Shown here: positions 1 to 7,065 of the stretch, in pieces
Layout: each line of letters starts with the position of its first letter
How positions within the stretch are numbered: position 1 is the stretch's first letter
NCBI GenBank assembly: GCA_051651625.1
Contig: JBOFSQ010000111.1
Location: 229 to 64,228 of the forward strand
Length of the DNA: 64,000 nt
From: Thermoguttaceae bacterium
GTDB taxonomy: Bacteria > Planctomycetota > Planctomycetia > Pirellulales > Thermoguttaceae
Direction: 5' to 3'
Program-made: the position numbers and the translations under genes
The notes under the pieces: model-generated
Databases searched by the model: none
What the model was told of the DNA's origin: nothing
Seen by the model: the letters and a program-made list of their open reading frames with translations, nothing else

Positions 1-2375
1 TCGCACTCGTCGAAGAGTGGCGGTTAACGCTTGCAAAAAACATCGCCAAACAAAATCCGTCGCTCGATTCGCACCTTCTCAATGTTGCCGTTCAGCGAAT
101 CGTTGACCGCATTCTATTTTTGCGAATCGCCGAAGACAGACGCATCGAAGAATACGAAGCTCTTCTCGCCGTCGCGCGAAAGAGCGACATTTACAGCGGT
201 TTGCAGCGTCTCTTCGGTTTTGCCGATGAAAAATACAACGCTGGACTCTTCAAGCACGAAGCGTGGCTGGAAAAAATCCGCATCGACGACAAAGTTCTCA
301 AGCCAATTATTGCGGGGCTTTATTATCCTGAAAGTCCGTATGAGTTTTCGGTCTTGCCGATAGAGATTCTCGGCAGCATATACGAACGCTTCCTCGGCAA
401 GACGATTGTGTTGTCGCCGAGTCACGTTGCGAAAGTCGAGGAGAAGCCGGAAGTTCGCAAGGCGGGCGGAGTTTATTACACGCCGCAATACATCGTCGAT
501 TACATCATCGCCGAAACGGTGGGGGAAAAGTTCGACGCGAATCGCAGCGTCACCGTACTCGATCCAGCGTGTGGCAGTGGGAGTTTTCTCGTCGGCGCGT
601 ACACGTTTCTTTTGAACTCGCATCTCGCGTTTTACACCAACGAAAAGAATCTCAAAAAGTCGCTCAAAAGTGGACTCATTTACGAATCGCGTCAAGAAAC
701 GTATCTGCTTTCGATTGAAGAAAAGCAGCGGATTTTGCTCGCGTCGATTTTCGGCGTAGACATCGACCCGATTGCAGTAGAAGTGACGAAGTTGTCGCTC
801 TACTTGAAACTGCTAGAAAACGAGACCGACGAGTCGGCGGGACTACTGCTGCGGCATTCAACCTTGAAAATGTTGCCGAATCTCGACGCCAACATCCGCT
901 GCGGCAACTCTTTAATCGGCAGCGACTTTTATCGCGACAAAGAAATGCCGCTCTTCGGCGACAACGAAATCCGCCGCATCAACGCCTTCGATTGGCACAA
1001 AGAGTTCCCAGCGATTTTCAAGAGCGGCGGATTCGACTGCGTTATTGGCAATCCGCCGTATGTGCGGCAAGAGACGCTGGATAATGCGACGAAGGAGTAT
1101 TTTCAAACGCATTATTCTGTCTACCACGGCGCGGCGGATTTGTATGCGTATTTCATCGAAAAAGGAATCGGACTTTTGAAGCCGAATGGCAAGTATGGAA
1201 TCATCGTCGCGAACAAATGGCTGCGTGCAAATTATGGCGAACCACTACGAAAGTGGCTGAAAAAATGGAACCTGCTTGAGATCGTTGACTTTGGTGATTT
1301 GCCCGTTTTCGGCAAAGTGACGGCGTATCCGTTGGTTTTCCGCGTGGAGAAAGCGGTTGCCAGCGGAAACAAACTCATCGCATCGCAGGTGCAAAGTTTG
1401 GACTTTGCAAAACTTGCCGAGCACATCGAAGACAAACGCCAACTAATAGACACCGCAACGCTGGACGATTCCGGCTGGCAACTCCGCGACGAACGCGAAA
1501 AGAAGTTGTTCGACAAACTAATCGCGGTCGGCGTTTCGTTGAAAGAATACGTCGGCGGGAAAGTTTATTATGGTATCAAAACCGGTTTGAACGAAGCGTT
1601 TGTGATTGATGCGGCGACGCGCAAGCGACTTATCAAAGAAGATAAACGAAGCGAGGAGATTATCAAACCGTTTCTTGCGGGACGCGACATCAAACGCTAT
1701 GCGCCACTGGAGACGGAGAAGTTTTTGATATTGTTTCCGAAAGGGTTTACGAATGAACATGGCAACAAACCACGAAGCGGTTGGAACTGGCTCTGTGAGA
1801 ATTACTCTGCGATTGCGAATCACCTTGAACCGTTCAAAAAAAGAGGACAGGTACGTCAAGACCAAGGCGATTATTGGTGGGAACTCCGCGCGTGCGATTA
1901 CTACGGCAGTTTTGAACAACCGAAAATCGTGTTCCCTGACATTGCGCTTCGGATGCAGGCGACGTATGACGTTGGCGACATGTACTCGGTTAACACGTCG
2001 TACATCATTCCGCAGGACGACAAATATCTTTTGGCGTTGCTAAACTCGGCGATTGTTCAGTTTGTTTTCGTCAACATCACGTCGCAAATTCGCGGCGGAT
2101 ATTCGCGGTTTTTGCGGCAGTACGTTGAGCGTCTACCGATTTATCGCATCGACGAAAACAGCAAACGCGACCGCGCACACCGCGACAAACTTGTCTCACT
2201 GGTAGAACAGATGCTTTCGGCGCAGGAGAAACTTCTCGCCGCGATTTCCGACACCGACCGCAAAACGCACACACAACGTATCGAAATCCTCGACCAACAA
2301 ATCGACGCGATTGTGTACGAACTCTATGAGCTGACAGATGAGGAAATTCGGATTGTGGAAGGTGTAGAGTTATGA
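1..2375 (+). CDS. Type IIG / Eco57I-family N6-adenine DNA methyltransferase (restriction-modification enzyme), 5' end outside window
   Basis: Frame 3 is open from nt 3 with no stop before the TTG at 120, so the gene is cut by the window edge. Motif I DPACGSGSFLVGAY, motif IV CVIGNPPYVRQE, TaqI-like C-terminal specificity signature GDYWWELRACDYY. Upstream LFLRIAEDR segment is typical of type IIG/PglX-like enzymes. Confidence 0.85.
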   Translation, partial: ALVEEWRLTLAKNIAKQNPSLDSHLLNVAVQRIVDRILFLRIAEDRRIEEYEALLAVARKSDIYSGLQRLFGFADEKYNAGLFKHEAWLEKIRIDDKVLKPIIAGLYYPESPYEFSVLPIEILGSIYERFLGKTIVLSPSHVAKVEEKPEVRKAGGVYYTPQYIVDYIIAETVGEKFDANRSVTVLDPACGSGSFLVGAYTFLLNSHLAFYTNEKNLKKSLKSGLIYESRQETYLLSIEEKQRILLASIFGVDIDPIAVEVTKLSLYLKLLENETDESAGLLLRHSTLKMLPNLDANIRCGNSLIGSDFYRDKEMPLFGDNEIRRINAFDWHKEFPAIFKSGGFDCVIGNPPYVRQETLDNATKEYFQTHYSVYHGAADLYAYFIEKGIGLLKPNGKYGIIVANKWLRANYGEPLRKWLKKWNLLEIVDFGDLPVFGKVTAYPLVFRVEKAVASGNKLIASQVQSLDFAKLAEHIEDKRQLIDTATLDDSGWQLRDEREKKLFDKLIAVGVSLKEYVGGKVYYGIKTGLNEAFVIDAATRKRLIKEDKRSEEIIKPFLAGRDIKRYAPLETEKFLILFPKGFTNEHGNKPRSGWNWLCENYSAIANHLEPFKKRGQVRQDQGDYWWELRACDYYGSFEQPKIVFPDIALRMQATYDVGDMYSVNTSYIIPQDDKYLLALLNSAIVQFVFVNITSQIRGGYSRFLRQYVERLPIYRIDENSKRDRAHRDKLVSLVEQMLSAQEKLLAAISDTDRKTHTQRIEILDQQIDAIVYELYELTDEEIRIVEGVEL

Positions 2376-3028
2376 GCAATACAAAGAAAAGAAAACCAAG
2401 CAATGCTTACATGAAATTTGAAAGCGTAATAAAACGGAGTCTTGGCATGATCGCCACTTGCGAACTCGTCGAAAATTTACTTACTCATTCAGAAGGAAAC
2501 CAACAAAATCGTAATGACCACTCCGATATGATACGCGCCGCAGTTGTATTAGCTATCGCTGCACTGGATTCATATTTTACCAATGTTTTTTCGGAACACT
2601 TGATCACATACATAAAACATTATGGTCCCACAGAAAAGATGGTACACATTCTCAAAGAAGCAGGAGTTGGCACGAAATGCGCCTTGGAGTTGTTGACTAT
2701 GGAAAGACCATATCGAAGAATTCGCTCTATCGTCGTAAAACACTTGGCAAGACAAGTCATGCAGAGAACGGAAGCAATAAACAAACTTTTCGAGGCGTAT
2801 GGTTTCAAAGATTTTTGCGCAGACATCCAAAAAGCAACTCGTCGCAAACAACTCATATCGTCAATAAAAAAGATCATCTCGCGGCGGCATAAAATAGTCC
2901 ATGAAGGTGACATGAATTCCCACGGAAAACTTCAGCCGATCAGTGTTAGCGACACCAAAAAACGGATTCTTGCCATAATAAAGTTTGTGTCTAAAGCCGA
3001 TGAACTCATCACATTGAAAGTGGGGTAA
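2372..3028 (+). CDS. HEPN-domain protein (RiboL-PSP / MAE_28990-like type), putative RNase
   Basis: 218-aa ORF whose ATG overlaps the methyltransferase stop (ATGA at 2372-2375). C-terminal Rx4H motif in KKIISRRHKIVHEGD. Predicted all-helical and AT-rich. Confidence 0.55.
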   Translation: MSNTKKRKPSNAYMKFESVIKRSLGMIATCELVENLLTHSEGNQQNRNDHSDMIRAAVVLAIAALDSYFTNVFSEHLITYIKHYGPTEKMVHILKEAGVGTKCALELLTMERPYRRIRSIVVKHLARQVMQRTEAINKLFEAYGFKDFCADIQKATRRKQLISSIKKIISRRHKIVHEGDMNSHGKLQPISVSDTKKRILAIIKFVSKADELITLKVG

Positions 3029-3031
3029 ACA

Positions 3032-3970
3032 ATGACGAATGTAGAGCATGACAACAAGACAGGTCTGACCATCAAAATAAATCCTATCAGCAAAGTTTCA
3101 GATGATGACGAAACACTGGTGGACGCGAAGACAGTGGGCAAAGTTCTTTTGGCTCTGCCCGAAATGATGAAAGAATTTCATTCAAAAAATACGGCTAGCG
3201 AACAGTTACTCGTTAAAGCCAGACCGTTTGCGAAGGGGAGCTTTGAAATCTCTTTAGAGCTAATTTTGTTTGGATTCGGAGCAATGCCACTCTTGCTGTC
3301 AAATGCGGATTATATCCAGCAGACGATCAAAGAAATACTTGCACGATTCAAAGAGTTTATAGAGATCAAAATAAAACTAGCTGGAGAGGCGGTGCAAGTG
3401 AAAGGAGACAACAATATCATCATAAATAACAGTACGATTAATCTTGATGACAAAGTTATCAACGTGATCAATTCTGATAACCATGCCGAATCACTATTTC
3501 GTGATGCGATCAATGAGCTTGCACAAGATAGCGAAGTGGAATCTCTTGATTTTCAAGTAGGATCAGAGAAGGAAACAATCGCATCAATCAAGTCGTCCCA
3601 ATTCAAGTATTTTACGTCAAGTACACGGCTTGTTTCGGAAACTATACAAGAGAAGAAACGGGTAACGAATGAAAGGACAAGATTGAAACTTAAGCAACCA
3701 GACCTTGCTGGCACATCGAAATGGAATGTATATTACGACTCGAAAACCATCGCAGTAAAAGTGAAAGACGATGATTTTATTGCAATGGTCAAACAAAACA
3801 CAGAGCGGTTTGGAGCAGGCGATGAACTAGATGTTGATTTTGAAACGACAGAGATTTTCGACACTAAAATCGGGGATTTCAGGGTGCAAGGATATGCGAT
3901 TACAAAAGTCCATCAACACCTTGAAAATAAACAAGAACACATGACTTTTTTTGATGAGGCACCACGTTAA
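3032..3970 (+). CDS. Hypothetical protein, 312 aa, no recognisable domain
   Basis: ORF starts 3 nt after the HEPN TAA. Long uninterrupted ORF in an AT-rich stretch where random stops would be frequent. One hydrophobic segment, LELILFGFGAMPLLL. Confidence 0.6.
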   Translation: MTNVEHDNKTGLTIKINPISKVSDDDETLVDAKTVGKVLLALPEMMKEFHSKNTASEQLLVKARPFAKGSFEISLELILFGFGAMPLLLSNADYIQQTIKEILARFKEFIEIKIKLAGEAVQVKGDNNIIINNSTINLDDKVINVINSDNHAESLFRDAINELAQDSEVESLDFQVGSEKETIASIKSSQFKYFTSSTRLVSETIQEKKRVTNERTRLKLKQPDLAGTSKWNVYYDSKTIAVKVKDDDFIAMVKQNTERFGAGDELDVDFETTEIFDTKIGDFRVQGYAITKVHQHLENKQEHMTFFDEAPR

Positions 3971-4099
3971 AGTTTCGCGTGTAATAATATCCGGCATGGA
4001 GCGAAGCGTACAGGCGGATTTGTGGTTTACACTTGTTCACCGTCAATACGGCGAGTACGTTTCCTTTCCGGCTTCTATTGTGTTTTGATTCCTTTTGAT

Positions 4100-4212
4100 A
4101 TTTGTCCCGATGGGACGTGATTTTAATAACCGGCGGTAAGTGCCGCCGCGATAGCGGCAAGCGCAACCGCCGGTGGTGCGGCTAAAATTCGGTGCGTCTG
4201 TAGGACGCGACT
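4100..4212 (-). repeat. Structured ~113-bp repeat, family G, copy 1 (inverted relative to 49690-49803)
   Basis: Reverse complement aligns by eye almost base for base with 49690-49803. Internal inverted repeat accggcggt...accgccggt encloses gccgc-gata-gcggc. Confidence 0.8.
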
Positions 4213-4250
4213 ATACTGCATCACGTCACAAAGTTGGCATTCGGAATTTT

Positions 4251-4314
4251 ACCACGGAGACACAGAGGGCACGGAGAGGATTTGTATTCTCTGTGCTCTC
4301 CGTGTCTCCGTGGT
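4251..4314. repeat. Imperfect palindrome (hairpin-array family E/F type)
   Basis: accacggagacacagagggcacggagagg ... ctctgtgctctccgtgtctccgtggt. Confidence 0.8.
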
Positions 4315-4616
4315 GCAACAAAAAGAAGTAGAGCGAATCGAAAATATCAGGTCAATGGCGGTGCGCGACTATCAATTTCCCCGATAGGGGAAGAATATCA
4401 GTAGAACGAACGACCACACCAGAATCCGGTTTTGCCCGTAGGGCATCAATGATTTCAGCTTCGTTGATATGAATGCCATACGGGCAAGGGAAAAACCTGA
4501 CAAACTCTTCGTGTCCTTTGTGCTCTTTGCATCTTTGTGCGCAAAAAAGAATCGCTAATGATGTCGGCGGTCATGTGAATTGTGAACGCTTACAAAACCA
4601 CTAACGGACAAATCGG

Positions 4617-4877
4617 ATGAACCGCAAACTCCATTGCCTCATCGCAGACCGAGAAAAGAACGTCGCGGAAATGGTGGCGTGGACGTGGGCGAAGACCGAC
4701 CGGCATATCGACATCATCGACTTGCAACTCGGCTGGGCTTACAAACAGTGGAACGACAATGCGATGGAAATACTTGAAGAGTTTCGTCGCCAAGTCGTGA
4801 CCGCACGCTGGATCAAAATCGAACTCGAAGACGACGCTGAAGAAAAACGCAAACCACGCCGCACGCGAAAAAAATAA
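4617..4877 (+). CDS. Hypothetical small protein (86 aa)
   Basis: ORF with a natural-looking composition and a basic C-terminus (KRKPRRTRKK). It lies in a segment bounded by 13-bp direct repeats GTGAACGCTTACA. No homology recognised. Confidence 0.3.
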   Translation: MNRKLHCLIADREKNVAEMVAWTWAKTDRHIDIIDLQLGWAYKQWNDNAMEILEEFRRQVVTARWIKIELEDDAEEKRKPRRTRKK

Positions 4878-4899
4878 ACACCAAAGCGTTCGCGGTATC

Positions 4900-5293
4900 C
4901 GTGAACGCTTACATCGCAGGCGCGAAGCTGCAACATCTCACTTGACCGCATCCCGCTGTGCATCTGGACTTGAACGAGGTCTGCGACAACCAAGTAGGCG
5001 AGGCTTTCGCGGTGATTCGAGAACGATCTGGAGGTTCGCCCGTTCGCCGTGTAGTGTTCTTCCGCGTATTCGAGAAACTGGATGATCGCGTCCTCGATTC
5101 CGAGGTCGGTCTTTGCACGAGTCGGCGGCACTTGTCTACCGTTTGCCAGATACTTGGCAATTTCTTGCTCGTACTTTTGGCGGCTTGCCTTACTTTTGTG
5201 CTTACCGAGGTAGATTGTCCGCCCACCCAGACCGACGATAGCCTGTCCAGTGGATTTGTGGAGGCGGTACGCGGGGACGTTTTGTCGCGGCAT
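4900..5293 (-). pseudogene. Tyrosine recombinase (phage-type integrase) remnant, internally deleted and 3'-truncated
   Basis: N-terminal MPRQNVPAYRLHKSTGQAIVGLGGRTIYLGKHKS...IQFLEYAEEHY is joined after only ~15 aa to box-I-like HSGMRSSEMLQLRACDV. After that the frame turns into low-complexity nonsense. No H-x-x-R or catalytic Tyr region is present. Adjacent to the tRNA 3' end. Confidence 0.7.
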
Positions 5294-5419
5294 GATATGA
5301 CCCTTCCGTGCTAGAGGAACTCGCAAAGTGTGTACTACACACTATAACGGCGTTTCCCAAGACACGCTAGGCCACCCACCCAAACTCGCAAACCCTTCTA
5401 TTTGTAGCGTTTGCGGGAC

Positions 5420-5493
5420 TGGGCGATACAGGGCTCGAACCTGTGACCTTCTGGGTGTAAACCAGACGCTCTAACCAACTGAGCTAATCGCCC
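5420..5493 (-). tRNA. tRNA-Val (anticodon TAC)
   Basis: Minus-strand read is GGGCGATTAGCTCAGTTGGTTAGAGCGTCTGGTTTACACCCAGAAGGTCACAGGTTCGAGCCCTGTATCGCCCA. It has acceptor, D, anticodon (loop TTTACAC) and T arms (GGTTCGAGCC). CCA is not encoded. Confidence 0.9.
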
Positions 5494-6685
5494 GCGTCGC
5501 ATCAAATAAACAGTCGTAGAATTCAGCGTAACTTTCCACCATCGCGGCCAACGACCGAGACTCAAGTGTCACGCTGCGACCAGCGTTCGCAAGACGAAAT
5601 CGCAACGCCTCGTCTTCATAAAGACGCAGAACCGCCTCGCCAAAAAGACGTCGCCGTGCAACTGCGTCACCGCCGCATTCGGGGATAAGTATACCCGTAT
5701 CGCCGTGATTGACAAGATCAGCGTTCCCCGAAATATCAGACGCAATCACCGCCACGCCCGCCGACATCGCCTCAAGAATCGCGTTCGACTCGCCTTCATA
5801 CGCACTCGTCGAGACAACAACATCAAACAACGGCAAAAGCAACGCAACGTCGTTCCGATGACCAATAAAGTGAACGTGGTGAAACAGTCCACGCGAATCG
5901 CGCTCACGCAACAAATCGTCGCGGAGCGGGCCATCGCCGATCACAACGAAATGAATGTCAGCATTGGCGTAGTGCGCAAGCTCCGCAATCCAAAACAGGT
6001 CGTCGAGCCGTTTCTGTTCCCAAAGTCGCGCCACAACGCCAACCAAAAACGTCTCACGCGAACGTTCACCGTGCGGCGTGATCGGAATGTACGCATCCGC
6101 CGTTTCCAGCGGACGAATGTTGAGCGAACGAGCGAGTTGTTCACGTCCGCGCTCACGTTCTTCAGACGTGATAACCGGTGGTGTTACGATGGCGTTCGGG
6201 ATGATTGTGAAACGTTCGCGTGCGATGCCGTGCGTCTCGTAAAAATCGGCGATGCCGCGACTATTCGTGACGAAGGCGTTCGTGACCGGAGCGAGTGCGC
6301 GGTCGATCTTGTGGTGCCACGCTCGTTTCCACGGATCGACGCACCGTTCTGCGGTGACAATTCGCGGGACACCACACCACGCCGCCGCCGAACGTCCGTA
6401 AGCGTTCGCTGCAAAGAGCCAAGTGTGAACGACATCTGGACGCCACGAACGAATCAAGTTCGCCAGCCGCCACCACGCGAGCGGGTCGAGTTTGGCACGC
6501 TTCCCGATGAGCGTCCACGCGACACCGCTGCGGTCGAGGTCGTCCGCGAGCGGGCCGCTCCGCGTGAGAACCGCAACGTGCGTCTCAAAGCGGTCGCGCG
6601 GAAGGTGCGACGCCAAAAGCACGAGTTGCTTTTCAGCCCCCGACCGGTCGAGCGAAGGAATGATGTGAAGGATGCGACGTGACAC
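5471..6685 (-). CDS. Glycosyltransferase family 4 (GT-B fold)
   Basis: EGESNAILEAMSAGVAVIASD (E-x7-E region) and N-terminal ILHIIPSLDRSGAEKQ. The ORF-track start at 6739 translates a family-B repeat (ALAYASRSD), so GTG at 6685 is the more likely start. The stop lies 23 nt inside the tRNA-Val gene. Confidence 0.8.
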   Translation of the reverse strand: MSRRILHIIPSLDRSGAEKQLVLLASHLPRDRFETHVAVLTRSGPLADDLDRSGVAWTLIGKRAKLDPLAWWRLANLIRSWRPDVVHTWLFAANAYGRSAAAWCGVPRIVTAERCVDPWKRAWHHKIDRALAPVTNAFVTNSRGIADFYETHGIARERFTIIPNAIVTPPVITSEERERGREQLARSLNIRPLETADAYIPITPHGERSRETFLVGVVARLWEQKRLDDLFWIAELAHYANADIHFVVIGDGPLRDDLLRERDSRGLFHHVHFIGHRNDVALLLPLFDVVVSTSAYEGESNAILEAMSAGVAVIASDISGNADLVNHGDTGILIPECGGDAVARRRLFGEAVLRLYEDEALRFRLANAGRSVTLESRSLAAMVESYAEFYDCLFDATRAISSVG

Positions 6686-6687
6686 GA

Positions 6688-6716
6688 AATCAGAGCGGGA
6701 AGCGTAAGCGAGTGCC
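6688..6716 (+). repeat. Family B repeat unit (AATCAGAGCGGGAAGCGTAAGCGAGTGCC)
   Basis: Same ~25-29-nt unit recurs at 10 loci in this window. Confidence 0.9.
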
Positions 6717-6835
6717 CAATGGCAGGCGGAGTGGAGCAATGACCTGCCCTACGGTTGACGAGGCGTATTCTACCAACAAACTCGCAACGTGCGTAGGGGC
6801 GATTCACGAATCGCCAAGATGTAGCGAGTGTAATC

Positions 6836-6860
6836 GGAACACGAAGCGTAAGCGAGTGCC
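6836..6860 (+). repeat. Family B repeat unit
   Basis: ggaacacgaagcgtaagcgagtgcc. Confidence 0.9.
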
Positions 6861-6864
6861 AGAG

Positions 6865-6936
6865 CAGTGTGGCGTGTTCAAGCAGTGTGGCGTGTTCAAG
6901 CAGTGTGGCGTGTTCAAGCAGTGTGGCGTGTTCAAT
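6865..6936. repeat. 18-bp tandem repeat x4 (CAGTGTGGCGTGTTCAAG)
   Basis: Four head-to-tail copies. The last copy ends ...TTCAAT. Confidence 0.95.
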
Positions 6937-7026
6937 AGGACGTATAGGTCATATAAGACCTATACGTCCTATTGAACGCGACCCAATAAGACCTATAGGT
7001 CCTATGCGACCTATAGGTCTTATTGG
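6935..7026. repeat. Family D palindromes (ATAGGAC/ATAGGTC words), two adjacent hairpins
   Basis: ataggacgtataggtc-atat-aagacctatacgtcctat and ccaataagacctatagg-tcctatgcg-acctataggtcttattgg. Confidence 0.9.
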
Positions 7027-7065
7027 ATTTGGCGTCGTTGTCGTTGGCGGGTTTGAAACCCGCCC

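Noticed and set aside
31-695. Small ORFs 31-363 (+) and 114-695 (-) at the window start.
   Set aside because: They overlap the clearly coding methyltransferase frame, which is open from nt 3. No independent support exists.
1-2375. The methyltransferase as BREX PglX.
   Set aside because: The architecture is compatible. However, the downstream genes are a HEPN protein and an unknown protein, not pglZ/brxL. The upstream context is outside the window, so I keep the generic type IIG/Eco57I-family call.
6688-7026. Possible CRISPR array, because many short repeats are clustered.
   Set aside because: The repeats are either directly tandem (18 bp with no spacers) or palindromes of different families. 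There is no regular repeat-spacer periodicity and no cas genes; vapD at 53678 is solo and far away.
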